Shown: piece by piece, positions 24,533-38,056 of the stretch | Layout: the number at the start of each line of letters is the position of its first letter | Numbering within the stretch: the first letter of the stretch is position 1 | From: Octopus sinensis | Lineage: Eukaryota | NCBI RefSeq assembly: GCF_006345805.1 | Contig: NC_043014.1 | Span: 10,044,001-10,108,000 of the forward strand | Direction of reading: 5' to 3' | Length of the DNA: 64,000 nucleotides | Position numbers and translations under genes: made by a program | The notes under the pieces: generated by a model | Databases searched by the model: none | Told to the model about the DNA's origin: nothing | The model's input: only the letters and a program-made list of their open reading frames with translations

Positions 24533-25149
24533 AAATGTTAACATATATCCTGGTTCGTGCTAAGAGGTTGTCTGATGATGCTGCAGCCTTCTGTTAAGCT
24601 GAACTGATGCACCGTTTTCAGGAATTAAACGATTTGGTGAAGCTGTTTGGATGCCGACGTATTGGCTCCGCTACCTGGATATTACACATGTTCTGGTGAT
24701 AGAAGTTTTGTATGGAAGGCGCACACATGTACACACACACAAGCATGCTCACACAAAATCAAATACGCACACATACACGCATACAAACACCCGCTCTCGC
24801 ACATAAACTTGCACACAGCCACATGCGCAGACATTCACACACACATGCACATACATGCATACACGCATGCATACACTTGTACGCAAAGAAAAAAATAAAC
24901 AATCCGAGAGAATGAGACACAGGGATATTCCAATTCATTAAATGAACACGATTTGCGTAAAGACATCCCCTTTTTTCATAGGTATGAAGAGAAAAAGACC
25001 CACATGTGAAGAGAGAGAACGAACGGAAAGGGAGAGTGAGTGAGAGAGAAAGCTAGAAAAGACAGAAAAATAAAAAGAAAAGAACGAGAGAAAGAAAGAA
25101 AATAAAGACAGAGGAAGAAGTACAGGGGGCGACTAGTGAAAACTAAATA

Positions 25150-25545
25150 GGCGCTAGAGTGGCTGTGTGGTAAGTAGCTTGCTTACAAACCACATGGATC
25201 CGGGTTCGGTCCCACTGCATGGCACCTTGGACAGGTGTCTTCTACTATAGCCTCGGGTCAAACAAACCTTGTGAGTGGATTTGGTAGACGGAAACTGAAA
25301 AGAAGCCCGTCATATAAATGTATATGTCTATATATATATGTGTGCGTATGCTTGTGTGTCTGTGCTTGACAACCGATGCTGGTGTGTTTACGTCCCCGTA
25401 ATTTAGCGGTTCGGCAACAGAGACCGATAGAATAAGTACTTGGCTTACAAAGAATAAGTCCTGGGGTCGATTTGCTCGACTAAAGGCGGTGCTCCAGCAT
25501 GGCCACAGCCAAATGACTGAAACAAGTAAAAGAGTAAAGAGTATG
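25150..25545 (+). mobile_element. tRNA-derived SINE family B (V-domain-like centre, internal microsatellite)
   Basis: Head gagtggctgtgtggtaagtagcttgctt, centre gtgagtggatttggtagacggaaactgaaagaagcc, tail ggcggtgctccagcatggcc...gactgaaacaagtaaaagag. Confidence 0.8.
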
Positions 25546-26033
25546 TCTAATATGTTAACGTCGAACGAACGGAAATATCTCTGAATATTCAGACCGGAAT
25601 TGAATAAAGTTCGCTAGACTTACGATATCAACAACTTAGTGAATATTTTGGGAGACCAACATCTCATTCTTCTTCTATTATATTTTGAATCATTCGGTAT
25701 TTGTAAATAATCGATTAGTCAGCCTATAATTACCAGACAACTTTCAGCTTAATCATCGCAAATTAAACTCCATCAATTATTAATTACCGTGTTTCCTATT
25801 CTTAATGAAAACTCTTGAATTATAAATGAGTGTATCTAGAATTTTTCTGACGCTTTTTACTCCAATTTAGTGAATATAGATATTACACTCAAGCAAATAA
25901 CACCGTATTTTCCTGCAATTAATGTAGATACACTTAATACATTCTAATCGATGTATAATGCACAGACACAGTGTTTTCTATACTAGCACAGATTTATGTT
26001 ATTCGCATAAATGCATTTACCGTCTTAAAACAC

Positions 26034-26638
26034 ACCTATTTCTTTACTACCCACAAGGGGCTATCACAGAGGGGACAAACAAGGACAGACAAACGGATTA
26101 AGTCGATTATATCGACCCTAGTGGCGTAACTGGTACTTAATTTATCGACTCCGAAAGGATGAAAGGCAAAGTCGACCTCGGCGGAATTTGAACTCAGAAC
26201 CTAACGGCAGACGAAATACATATTTTGTTTACTACTCACAAGGGGCTAAACACAGAGGGGACAAACAAGGACAGACAAACGGATTAAGTCGATTATATCG
26301 ACAGCAGTATGTAACTGGTACTTAATTTATCGAATCCGAAAGGATGAATGGCAAAGTCGACCTCGGAGGAATTTGAACTCAGAACCTAACGGCAGACGAA
26401 ATACCTATTTCTTTACTACCCACAAGGGGCTAAACATAAAGGAGACAAACAAGGACAGACAAAGGGATTAAGTCGATTACATCGACCGTAGTGCGTAACT
26501 GGTACTTATTTAATCGACCCCGAAAGGATGAAAGGTAAAGTCGACCTCGGCGGAATTTGAACACAGAACGTAACGGCAGACGAAATACGGCTACGCATTT
26601 CGCCCGGCGTGCTAACGATTCTGCCAGCTCGCCGCCCT
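26034..26638 (-). mobile_element. Family A SINE trimer inside a ~14-bp TSD
   Basis: ccgtcttaaaacac (26020-26033) vs ccgtcttaaagcat (26639-26652). Confidence 0.85.
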
Positions 26639-27004
26639 CCGTCTTAAAGCATGCCGTTACCATACAGTAGAAAATTCTGTAATATATGGTTAGTCAAAAT
26701 TATTCCTATGGTGCATAGAGCAGGTTTCCGGGTTCCTCTGGCGTATATATTCCTACACAGACAGAACGCCATCCCGTCGCAGGATTACACATTTTTACCA
26801 AGTCACCGGATTAAAGCAATTTGAAATGAAGTTTTGTTCAAGAACATAACACACCACCCAATTCAGGAATTGAACCTAACATTTTATGTCGTTAGTCCAA
26901 CACCTTAACCACTAAGCTAAGCGTCTCGACTTCTTCCCATATTACTCAATAATTGAAAATGCAGAGGTTCACTTACTACATTAAAACAAATCAATATATC
27001 GATG

Positions 27005-27430
27005 CAGGAATGGCTGTGGTAAGTAGCTTGCTTACCAACCACATGGTTCCGGGTTCAGTCCCACTGCATGGTACCTTGGGCGAGTGTCTTCTACTATAAC
27101 CTCGGGCCGTCCAAAGCCTTGTGAGTGGATTTAGGAGACGGAAACTGAAAGAAGCCCGTCGTATATGTATATATATATACGTGTCTGTGTGTGTGTCTGT
27201 GTCTGTGTGAGTGTGTGTGGGTGTATGTATGCATGTATGTATATGTTTGTGTATCTGTGTTTGTCCACCCCATCATCGCTTGACGTACCTTAGCGGTTCG
27301 GCAAAAGAAACCGATAGAATAAGTACTTGGCTTATAAAGAATAAATCCCGAGGTCGATCTGTTCGACTAAAGGTGTTGCACCAGCATGACCGCAGTAAAA
27401 TGACTGAAACAAATAAAAGAATGAAGACTA
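27005..27430 (+). mobile_element. SINE family B
   Basis: Homologous to 25150-25545. Confidence 0.8.
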
Positions 27431-27618
27431 TACGCTGCCAGTTTGTTTTAGCACGAAAGAAATCATGTAGTGTTGTTGCTGCTTAGTTATATTTCGTCCG
27501 AGTTCAAATTCCGTCACGGACTACTTTATCATTAATGCTTTCAGAATCGATGAGATAAGAACCAGTTGTAATCGATATGTCTCAAATTTCAGGCCCTGTG
27601 CGATAGTTAAAAGGATTG

Positions 27619-27659
<41 letters not shown>

Positions 27660-27661
<2 letters not shown>

Positions 27662-28025
27662 ATAGTTTTGTTTTTATAACGTGCTTTCACTTCACTACCG
27701 AGCGCAGTTCTGTGTGCCTTGGGTATGTGCTGTGATTTGTTGTGATGCTCTTATGCTTACTGTATTGAAAGTGTTTTGCGTAGGATATGTACAGTGCCTT
27801 GTAGTGCAATTTTCTGTATGTTATATGTGTTTGTGAGTCCTGGTGTTTTTGTTATGTATTTGTCTGAATATTTTTTTTATCATACCTAATGTGCCTACAA
27901 TGAAAGGAATTGTTTCTGTTTTTAGATTCAACATTCGAGTTACCTCTATTTCCAGGTCTTTGTATTTTGAAAGTTTCTCCATTTCTTTTAGAGACACGTT
28001 GTCATCTGCTGGTATTGATACATAA
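27660..28025 (-). mobile_element. R4/Dong-like LINE 3' end (restriction-like endonuclease region and 3' UTR) inside a TAA tract
   Basis: VSIPADDNVSLKEMEKLSKYKDLEIEVTRMLNLKTETIPFIVGTLGMIKK; (TTA)n on both flanks. Confidence 0.8.
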
Positions 28026-28064
<39 letters not shown>

Positions 28065-28099
28065 AACGGGAGTCCTAAATGCGTCAAATAAATGGCTTG

Positions 28100-28850
28100 C
28101 GTTATTTATTCGTATTAATCTGTTGGAGGACAACGACACCTAGAAAGAATCACAGAGCATATTCCCATGCGAAATGCAGCAGAAGTGCGGCACAAGCAGA
28201 GGGCAGGCAACTTAGATGCCATGACCATATCAGAGCGTTATTCCCACAAAAGTAAAAGAACAGGAAATTGTAAAGTTGGGCACCGCTACAACCAACAATA
28301 TCGCCGCAGTTAAAGAAGCATTATCAACATTAGCGTCAAGGAAAACAGGGGTTAAACATAGAGGGGACAAATAAGGACAATAAAGGGATTAAATTGATAA
28401 CATCGACCCCCAGTGCGTAACTGGTACTTAATTTATCGATCCCGAATGGATGAGAGGGACAGTCGACCCCGGCGAATTTGAACTCAGTAATAGCATCTTG
28501 GCGAACATAAATAGTGACAAGAAAATCAGCTGTATTCACCGCAGAAACTTGACACTGCAAAAACTGTAGGGGAAACATTAATGTCAAATTCATCAATATC
28601 AGCAATTGAGAGGCATAAATGGTGACTTTTATAAATATTCGTGACCCAGTGGACATCACAAACTTGCAGTCTTTTTCTTCCTCTATTACCGTCCAAATCA
28701 CAGAACTACGACATGGGAGAGTTGTGATAGAATATGCGGAAGATGTCGCCGTCATGGCGTCAGAAACCAAACACAACGTTCTGATCGGTACTGCACTGGG
28801 AGCGCACAAAGCATCGACAGGGCAAAAATTACGCAGAAAAATTCGGTGAT
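28100..28850 (+). mobile_element. Old degraded Tx1/L1-like RT relic interrupted by a family A SINE (28340-28500, -)
   Basis: EYAEDVAVMASETKHNVLIGTALGAHKASTGQK resembles AYADDITIIVTEMDHLCKVGKAIEDYETVTGAK of the intact copies. Confidence 0.4.
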
Positions 28851-28974
28851 CCTGTTAGAAAGAGTAGGACAGGGCCATGACAACCGACATTTAATTGAAG
28901 TATCCAGTCATTACATAAATTTAAATGCAGTTTATGAGACCATGGCTTAAAATTAATAGATAGTATACTCTTTA

Positions 28975-29390
28975 CTCTTTTACTCTTTTACTTGTTTCAG
29001 TCATTTGACTGCGGCCATGCTGGAGCACCGCCTTTAATCAAGGAACTCGACCCCGGGACTTATTCTTTGTAAGCCCAGTACTTATTCTATCGGTCTCTTT
29101 TTGCCGAACCGCTAAGTAACGGGGACATAAACACACCAGCATCGGTTGTCAAGCAATGCTAGGGGACAAACACAGACACACGAACACACACACGCATATA
29201 TATATATACATATATACGACGGGCTTCTTTCAGTTTCCGTCTACCAAATCCACTCACAAGGCTTTGGTCGGCCCGAGGCTATAGTAGAAGACACTTGCCC
29301 AAGGTGCCACGCAGTGAGACTGAACCCGGAACCATGTGGTTGATAGACAAGCTACTTACCACACAGCCACTCCTGCGCCTATTGCATGTA
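28975..29390 (-). mobile_element. SINE family B, full length
   Basis: Reverse complement of the family B consensus with an (AAGAGTA)-type tail. Confidence 0.85.
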
Positions 29391-30083
29391 TATCTTTTCA
29401 TATATACCACATGTATGTGCCTTGAGCAGGCTTTATAGATAGCACCTAATTTTTGTTCCCCTTACTTTAAGCTGTGCGGATTATACCGGACTGACTTGGT
29501 GCTTCAACTTAAGTACCTAATTCAACAGAATCTTAATTATTTCTATGTATATTCTTTAACTTTTCGAACTCATATCCGGTGGTTTGCGGTGGCTCGAATT
29601 TACCGGTCTGTTCTCATAAACTCTGTGCATGCCATTTCAATTCAAAACTTAAATGTATAGATAGAGGTTGACACATTATTCTTGCCGGTCGGGATACATG
29701 TAAGCTTCTAGGTAAGGTGTATTGATTATTATCAATAGGAATATTCACCTGGTGCGACGATTGGGACCCTTAATATGTTCCTAACGTCCAAATTGCAAGA
29801 GGGAATTAAACATTTACTTTTAAGTTGTGGATGCTATATGTCATGTCACCCACAGAGAGCTTTTATCGTGAAGAGAAATAATATGCGATAACAGTGGTGT
29901 TATAGCAGTTTTGACTGCTATTTCTAGATATGTAAGGGTTTTTGAAACCCTCTTAATTATAATTTTGACTTGTTCATAATTATAAACATTCTTCTCCTAT
30001 GCATTTTATGATAACATGTTTGACCATTGGTATGCCCATAACTATTGTGTATGATATATCATCCGTACTGTATTACTGCATTA

Positions 30084-30119
<36 letters not shown>

Positions 30120-30120
30120 T

Positions 30121-30158
<38 letters not shown>

Positions 30159-30289
30159 GTTTATATATATATATATGTATGTATATATATATGTATGTAT
30201 ATATATATGTATGTATATATATATGTATGTATATATATATGTATGTATATATATATGTATGTATATATATATGTATGTATATATATATG

Positions 30290-30335
<46 letters not shown>

Positions 30336-30356
30336 GTATGTATGTATGTATATATA

Positions 30357-31326
30357 AATTAGAAAACCACCTTTTATCCAATTCAATAATGAAAGATTAA
30401 GTTATACCATTTATAAAAATTACATATTATAAAAGATTAAATATAAGATAAAACATATAACAATGATTAAGCAATGTGCAAAATAATAAATAAAACGTAT
30501 ATATTTGGTATATATTTACTTTTTATTTATTATTTTGTACATTACTTAATCATTAATAAATCTCTGAACGAGATGTAAACAGTAACCGCTCGACAATGTA
30601 AAGTATAATAGCCATCTCAATATGGCTAACCACAAAGGGAGGGTGTTACTGAAGCTTTTAGCCCCAGGAGATCATCGTCTCCAGCTGCCTTTAGGCACAC
30701 TATCTGTGCCCTTATGGTATTTGCAAAGGGAGGTCATCCCTTTCTCGTAAGCCTAAGTGATACGCACGGACCGCAGTTTCGAGGTAGTTGCCTGTTGTCA
30801 ACGGGCGGTAATCACCGGTTTACGATGAAAGGGAAGACCTTGTATACAAATACTTAAGTGTTTTTCTTGTAACCTCCGTCACTGATTTCGAAAAACTGTC
30901 TGCAAGCAATAATATATCTTGCAAATACCATAAGGGCACAGATAGTGTGCCTAAAGCCAGCTGGAGACGATGATCTCCTGGGGCTAAAAGCTTCAGTAAC
31001 ACCCACCCTATGTGGTTAGCCATACTGAGATGGCTATTATACTTTACATATACTTAATCATTGTTATATGTTTTATCTTATATTTAATCTTTCTATAAGA
31101 TGTAATTTTTCTAAATGGTATAATTTAATTTTTCATTATTGAATTGATAAAAGGTGGTTTTTCCTAATTTAAGTAAGGGAGAGTGTATTTAATTAGGTGA
31201 AAGTTCTTCTGATCAGAAAAGAACTCTATCTCTATCTCACTCAAAATATCTTTTGATAAGCATAACAAATGCGTAACCAGTAAAGAACTTTCACCTAATT
31301 AAATACACTCTCCCTTACTTAAATTA
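30357..31326. repeat. Compound foldback element (nested inverted repeats)
   Basis: Inner arms 30596-30726 / 30919-31048; outer arms ~30357-30475 / 31050-31170; second hairpin 31165-31207 / 31284-31326. Confidence 0.85.
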
Positions 31327-32571
31327 TTTTGTCAGCATTTTCATTTCCTTTTTTTATATATCACAACTCGTGTTCCACATCTCCTTTTTTCAATATATAT
31401 ATATATTATATTTTGTGAAATTTGATTTAGTATTTCTAAATTGTGTTTGTGCTTATTTTGGGTATATATGTTTATGTACATTACTGTGTATATGCATTTG
31501 TATGTAAGAATACTTTTATATTGTGTCCTTGAATGTTTGTACAGAGGTGTATCTTGGTATATGAGGATTTAACTCCGCAATGATGTAGGAACTTTATGCA
31601 TGCCCTTCTCCTTCTGTAAAATAGACATAAAAGCCATTGTCTTCTGGTATTGATGTGAGTTAAATAGAGTAAGTAGGAAATATTCATTGAGTCGTTATTC
31701 TAAACAAACGTAAATCGTAGTAAACTCCATTTCACTTGAATTGTCCTGCTGAAAATCAAAGAGAACATCTTCAACTTTTACCTCACTTTCAGAAGTTTGA
31801 TTATTGTATTTATCGATTCGTAACGAAAGCTAATGGTATTTTGCTCTCAGCTTTTCTGTTGAAGCGGGCTAATATAAAAGAATTAACTCATGCCCGAGTC
31901 TAAGGTTACACAAACCATTGATTCTCACTTTGTAATGTTCAAATGTCGAGAAGTTATCAAACCTCAGCGTTATTATTTGGGCTGCCTAGGCAAAAATACT
32001 ATAATTTTCTGAGATGCAGAAAGGAGGGGATATAAATATGCGTGTTTCTGCCGAGAAGGAAATATCGGCTTGAAGTAAGTTTCTCGTTTACTCTAGGGCT
32101 TAACACGTGTTCAATATTAATATTGATTTCTTTCGTTGGACTTGTATTTCAAGAGAAATAATAGTTGATTGGACAAACATCAGTGCATAGGTCATAGCAA
32201 TTTATATATTTTATCGACCTGAGAGGGATAAAAGGAAAAGTTGACATCGGGTGGATTTCCTTACGAAACTTTGGTGAAGGGAAATTATATTATATTAAAT
32301 CTATGTTTGTGTTGTGCATTAGCGATGCATTCAACCATCAATTTCTCGCATAAGCTCTCTTCACTTGCAGCCATAATTTAACCGTGAGAAACCTCCTCAT
32401 TCTATCCGTATAGGATGCCGCTTCTGCTCCCAGCACATTCTCAATAAGATGTGTAATGAAATCGGTGTAGCGAACGGACCAATGGGCAGGTACTGAGCGG
32501 AAATAAGTGCATACGCATTCTATACGAACACAAACAAATAACACACCTGTAGATTCATGCACACATACGTT

Positions 32572-32615
<44 letters not shown>

Positions 32616-32682
32616 ATATATATATATGTATATATATATATATGTATAATTGATCAAAATAAAAACATGATGCCAAGGATTC

Positions 32683-32737
<55 letters not shown>

Positions 32738-32770
32738 CATGCATACATAAATACATGCATATATACATAC

Positions 32771-32806
<36 letters not shown>

Positions 32807-33301
32807 ATGTGTGTTTTATGTATTGTCTGTCTCACCACCACCGCTTCAAAGCTGATGTTGGTTTGTTTGATAGGGGTTCGCACCCGCTGCTAGCAATATA
32901 CATGTATATACTGGGTACACAAGGGTGCAGTGTCGCAGCGATACACGGCTGGCAGAAGATTTGCCTAGGTTTAAACAAGTGATAACATGGCACACACCTC
33001 CTTGATGTGGTGATTAGCTTTAAGGCTGTGCTCCATCATGGCCGCAGCCACAAATGACCAAAACAAGTAAAAGAATATAAGAGTAAAAGAGTACATGCTC
33101 CTAATCAAGCGGTTCAGCGAAATCCGACAGATATAACAGCTACCAGGCTTACTAATGTGTACTGTGGTTTGATCTCTACAACAAAACGTTCCTAGGCGGT
33201 GTCCCGACAGGGCCAAACTTCAGAAACGTAATAAAACAGCCACTTTCATGTGGCGATTAAATTCACTTGTTAGTGTAGTTACTAGTCTGAGCCCTTCTCA
33301 T

Positions 33302-33530
33302 TTTTTTATTGCCCACAAGGTGCTAAACACAGAGGGGACAAACAAGGACAGGCACAGGGATTAAGTCGATAACATCGACCCCAGTGCGTAACTGGTACTT
33401 AATTTATTGACCCCGAAAGGATGAAACGCAAAGTCGATCTCGGAGGAATTTGAATTCAGAACGTAACGGCAGACGAAATACCGCTAAGAATTTCGCCCGG
33501 CGTGCTAACGTCTCTGCCAGCTCGCCGCCC
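33302..33530 (-). mobile_element. Family A SINE monomer
   Basis: Full head ggcggcgagctggcag through tail. Confidence 0.85.
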
Positions 33531-33634
33531 TCTTCTTGATAAATTACAACTCTAAACTCTTCTTGATATATTACAACCAGCTATTTTGCTTGTTGCAAAC
33601 CAATGACCTGGCTATTGCGCTGGTGACCAGGTAC

Positions 33635-33683
33635 TCGCAACTGAAGATGATCGAACCAACTAGAAACGGAGTCCGTCTCGCGA
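33635..33683 (+). ncRNA. Eroded type I hammerhead motif
   Basis: tcgcaa-CTGAAGA-(helix II damaged)-GAAA-CGG agt CCG-TC-tcgcga. Confidence 0.45.
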
Positions 33684-35141
33684 TCATACGTATGTGTATG
33701 TACAAAATATACACACTTAAGATATATGTATGTATATTTTATATATTTATGAACCCAATAAGAATTGTAAATGTATCTGTAATTTAATAGATAGAAGTGT
33801 GATCTACATACTTTTCAAGGTGTATTACTTAGATTTCGTAACGAGAATACGTAACACAGCTTTAAGTTTAATAGTTTCGTGTCTCGTTTTCATGGCGTTA
33901 CCGAAACACACTATGCTGCAACAACAAATATGCTAATGAAGTAATAAGTTTAAAAGGAAAAACATGAAGTATAATTTCCCACGAAAATCCGGTGACGAGA
34001 TATAACTGTCCGAATATGTCTGAATTCAATCGAATCAAAACATAAAATATACATGGAGTAGGAAAGAGTTTGTTATATTTTCATCGTGGTTTTAAGTTAC
34101 ATCATTACTTATCTTTCCACTTGAAAAAACAAAAGAAGACGAAGTGTTAGCTCCCCTAACAAGAGTGAGTAAGTGAATGGGAGGGAGAGAGAGAAAAGAG
34201 AATACGCGCAAATAAATGTTACATAAACTTCTCAAGCTACGTTGTTATTACGTCGAAATATTGTATATTTAATATATAAGCAAGGTACATTGAAGATAAA
34301 TTCATGTATAAATCGTTCGATAAAGTATATGGCTACCAATTTGATGCAAGAGAACTTCTTACAATATCACCCGCAGAATTTATATAATATTATTATTATT
34401 ATTATTATTATTATTTTTTTTTGCTTTAATAGAATCAGGATTACTAAGTTTAGGAAATTCACGAATGTTACAGATGTTGTGGAACGTCTGAACAGAATAT
34501 ATTAAAAGAAAACATTTCACTCCATCTTTCAACCAAACACATTACGAAATACATTAAGAAAAAAGAAATGTTTCTTTTGAAAGTGAAGTGTGAATATTAC
34601 GAAACATAAAGATACATAAAATAACATATAAATGTCTAATTCACGAGCGATAGTTTATGCAAGATCAGACACATAAACATCAGAAGCTGAAAATAAATGT
34701 TATATAGTCTGAAAAAATGAATAATATTCAGGTGTTAATAGGGAATATGTTCATGAGATTATAATAAAACACATTCGTACAAAATGTATTTAAAGAACAA
34801 TCAAGAAATTCTGAATTTTACTTGCAAATTACTTAAGAATCAATAAGAATTGCGGTGAAAATTTAAATAAGTTTTAGTTTAAACTAAAACCAAGTGACTC
34901 AATGACCAATTCGGTTCAGAGAATTCAAGTCAATTTCACCCGAATAAATGTTATTAGATTTTAGAAATTAGGTTAATTATGGGATAGGGAACAGAGTAAG
35001 AGGTCTGCGTCCCAACTACAGGGTTCTGGCATGGCAACCTGGGCAAGTATCGTTTATTATAACCCCTGGCTGGCTAATACTTCTGATTGGATTTGTTTGA
35101 AGAAAACCGAAAAAGTCAGTTGGGCAAATATATTATATAAC

Positions 35142-35349
35142 ATGTGACCTCGTGAGCACCGCCAGCAATTTTTTTTCCTCTGTCTTCCCTTCTCGGGATC
35201 TTTCCTTCTCCTTTGTTTCCGACGAAGAACTCCGCTTGAAACGTTAAACCCTCCTTCTTCCCTTCTTTCCTGAGCGTCCAATAATACTTTATTTGTTCCA
35301 CGACCTCGCGTTGCTGTGTTTTTTTGTGTTTTCTTGTTTGGATTAACTA
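35142..35349 (+). mobile_element. ~200-bp hammerhead-variant repeat, copy 2 (motif at 35215-35249)
   Basis: GTTT-CCGACGA-A-GAAC tcc GCTT-GAAA-CG-TT-AAAC. Confidence 0.8.
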
Positions 35350-35354
35350 TATAT

Positions 35355-35359
<5 letters not shown>

Positions 35360-35418
<59 letters not shown>

Positions 35419-36040
35419 ATATATATCACGTGACCGACTAGGTTATCAGATGTTGCAACACATCGCTGGTCACAATACGCTCCGCATTGTTTTAGCCTTC
35501 AAATGACGCCACCCCGCTGGCTATGCGAGCAGGCCAAAAGAAGAAAGAGTGAGAGAAAGTTGCGGCGAAAGAGTACAGCGGGATCGTCACCACACCCTGC
35601 CGGAGCATCATGGAGCTTTTAGGTGTTTTCGCTCAATAAACACTCACAGCGCCCGGTTTGGGAATCGAAACCGCAATCCTACGACCGCGAGTCCGCTACC
35701 TCCACAATATATATATATATATATATATTTAATATATATATATATATATATTGTGGAGGTAGCGGACTCGCGGTCGTAGGATTGCGGTTTCGATTCCCAA
35801 ACCGGGCGCTGTGAGTGTTTATTGAGCGAAAACACCTAAAAGCTCCATGATGCTCCGGCAGGGTGTGGTGACGATCCCCGCTGTACTCTTTCGCCGCAAC
35901 TTTCTCTAACTCTTTCTTCTTTTGGCCTGCTCGCATAGCCAGCGGGGTGGCGTCATTTGAAGGCTAAAACAATGCGGAGCGTATTGTGACCAGCGATGTG
36001 TTGCAACATCTGATAACCTAGTCGGTCACGTGATATATAT

Positions 36041-36104
<64 letters not shown>

Positions 36105-36110
36105 ATTATA
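35360..36110. repeat. Near-perfect inverted duplication of a family C (tail variant 2) SINE plus flanking microsatellites
   Basis: Arms centred on (AT)n at ~35730; the track shows mirrored peptides; I saw one substitution and one indel in the SINE body. Confidence 0.9.
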
Positions 36111-36646
36111 TATATATATATATGTATATATATGTGTGTGTGTGTGTGTAAAATAGCGATTCGACAATAAAGAACCGTTAGAATAACAAGCAGTTTTTAA
36201 AAAGAATACACTACTCGATTCGTTCGACACAAAGCCCTTCAAGGCTGCAGCGTAACAATAAAATATAAAATATGTAAAGATGAAATTATGAATTTCTCAG
36301 CTAAAATGTTACAAACTGCTGAAATGAACTAAACAACAAAACATAAAACCGAAATTGAACCAGAAGGAAATAAATTACAACACTCACCGTTTTATTGTAA
36401 CTTATTTCATTAATTATATCACCAGTACTATGGCCCTGTAATTAGAATCTGTAAGGAAAGAAACGCAAGTGGAATGCATCAAGCCGGAAGACAATTAAGA
36501 ACCAGAGTTGGTCACGCTTGGAATTCAGTAGGAAGGTTTTAAGAGAGTTGCTTCTGATAGGGCACTACTATCGCAGTACTCCCAAGAATATTGGGTGGGA
36601 ATGGTGGAGGAGTTAGGGGATGGATAAATGAACGTAATATTTTCAA

Positions 36647-37082
36647 GGATATCTTCGGTTTCACCGGCAGTTTTTTAAAATAATTTCCACGTAACTAAAC
36701 ACTTTTAAACTTCGTATACTGGTAGAATGTGTTTATAAAACATCTTTTTCTCTTACCTTTATTGAGAAAATTCTATAGTTCGTAAGATATTTGTTGTTTT
36801 CTTTCTGCAATTTCTGCAATTTCAACCAATCACTGACGACTATTGAGGTAAAAAAAACATTCTGTGCCGTATGAATATGTCCCTCGTTTAAGAAACAGAT
36901 TGGGTTTATTTACATTTGTGAAGAAAAAAAGATACCCTTCCCCCCACTCCTAACCCTAACCCTAACCAACCCTAACCCCAAAACATATTGAAATGCAATA
37001 GATCGATACTAGGGTCATAATTATGGGTGACAATTTCATATGACACCGCTAGAAAAAACTGCCGTTCAAACCGAAAAGATCC
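36647..37082. mobile_element. MITE with ~30-bp GG-starting TIRs and internal (CCCTAA)n, possibly Merlin-like
   Basis: ggatatcttcggtttcaccggcagttttt vs the reverse complement of the right end; flanks attttcaa / cttttcaa (7 of 8 match). Confidence 0.65.
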
Positions 37083-37994
37083 CTTTTCAAAATTTACCAT
37101 ATATATTAACACATAATAAATATTTTCAAAACACTAACCGAAAATATGAGATCAAAAACACAGAGCAAATAAAATTACTTGGGAAATATTTCCGACACAT
37201 AACCTGGCACTAGCAATGCGATACGCATTTTTGATGTTATCTCATATTTTTTTTTGTTTTTTGCGATACTAAACTGCTCTTGAATTCAATACCACAAACA
37301 GTCGGTAAAAGTTTGTTGAGTCTATCGAAAATTTTTAATATTTATTTATTAACAATATGGATGTTTGTGAAACATTTAATTGGATAGTAAAATATGAAAT
37401 TAATTTCACACCATTTTTGTTTGGTTAAATGTAACTATTTAGAAATTAATATATTAGCATAAGGAAAAGGAAAGGTAGAAACAGAAAGTTCAGAACTAAA
37501 TTATTAGCATTATTTTGTTACGTAAAAAAGCAATGAGGTGTGATAATCGTTAGCAGCATTTCATGTTTGTACGTTCTGAGTTCAAATCCCGCTGAATTCA
37601 GCTTTGCCTTTCTTTTTCCTTTGTCGATGAAGTAAGAAGTAGTTGAATAGCACAGACGATAAAATCCATTAACCCCTTCTTCAAGCCTTGTGTTTTTGTT
37701 AAGTAGGTTTATTTTGTAAGGTTCAGAAGTCGGAGAACCGGCAGGATCAATAGCGTACCGAGCAAAAATTATTACTGTCTTTACTTTCGAATCTCTACAT
37801 TTTATCCCTAAATTAGGGATAGAATTCGACAGAAGATTCCACTTGGCGGATTCCTTTACTCGCTAAACTATACTCAGAAACCAATTGGTCCATTTATTTA
37901 TTTTTCATTTCGTTCCTCTCGAATTTTATCCTTAAGTTTTGTAGCGTGTTGAATTCCTATGAGAGTATTCCTTATGAGTTTAACTATACACTAT

Positions 37995-38050
<56 letters not shown>

Positions 38051-38056
<6 letters not shown>

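Noticed and set aside
31481-31615. Good minus-strand acceptor (cttttatgtctattttacAG) with a short open frame
   Set aside because: No convincing donor or recognisable peptide.
36948-36980. (CCCTAA)n as a chromosome end or fusion site
   Set aside because: Short and enclosed within a TIR element.
37825-37895. CAGAAGA...GAAA-CCAATTGG-TC
   Set aside because: Core mutated; helices I and II do not pair.
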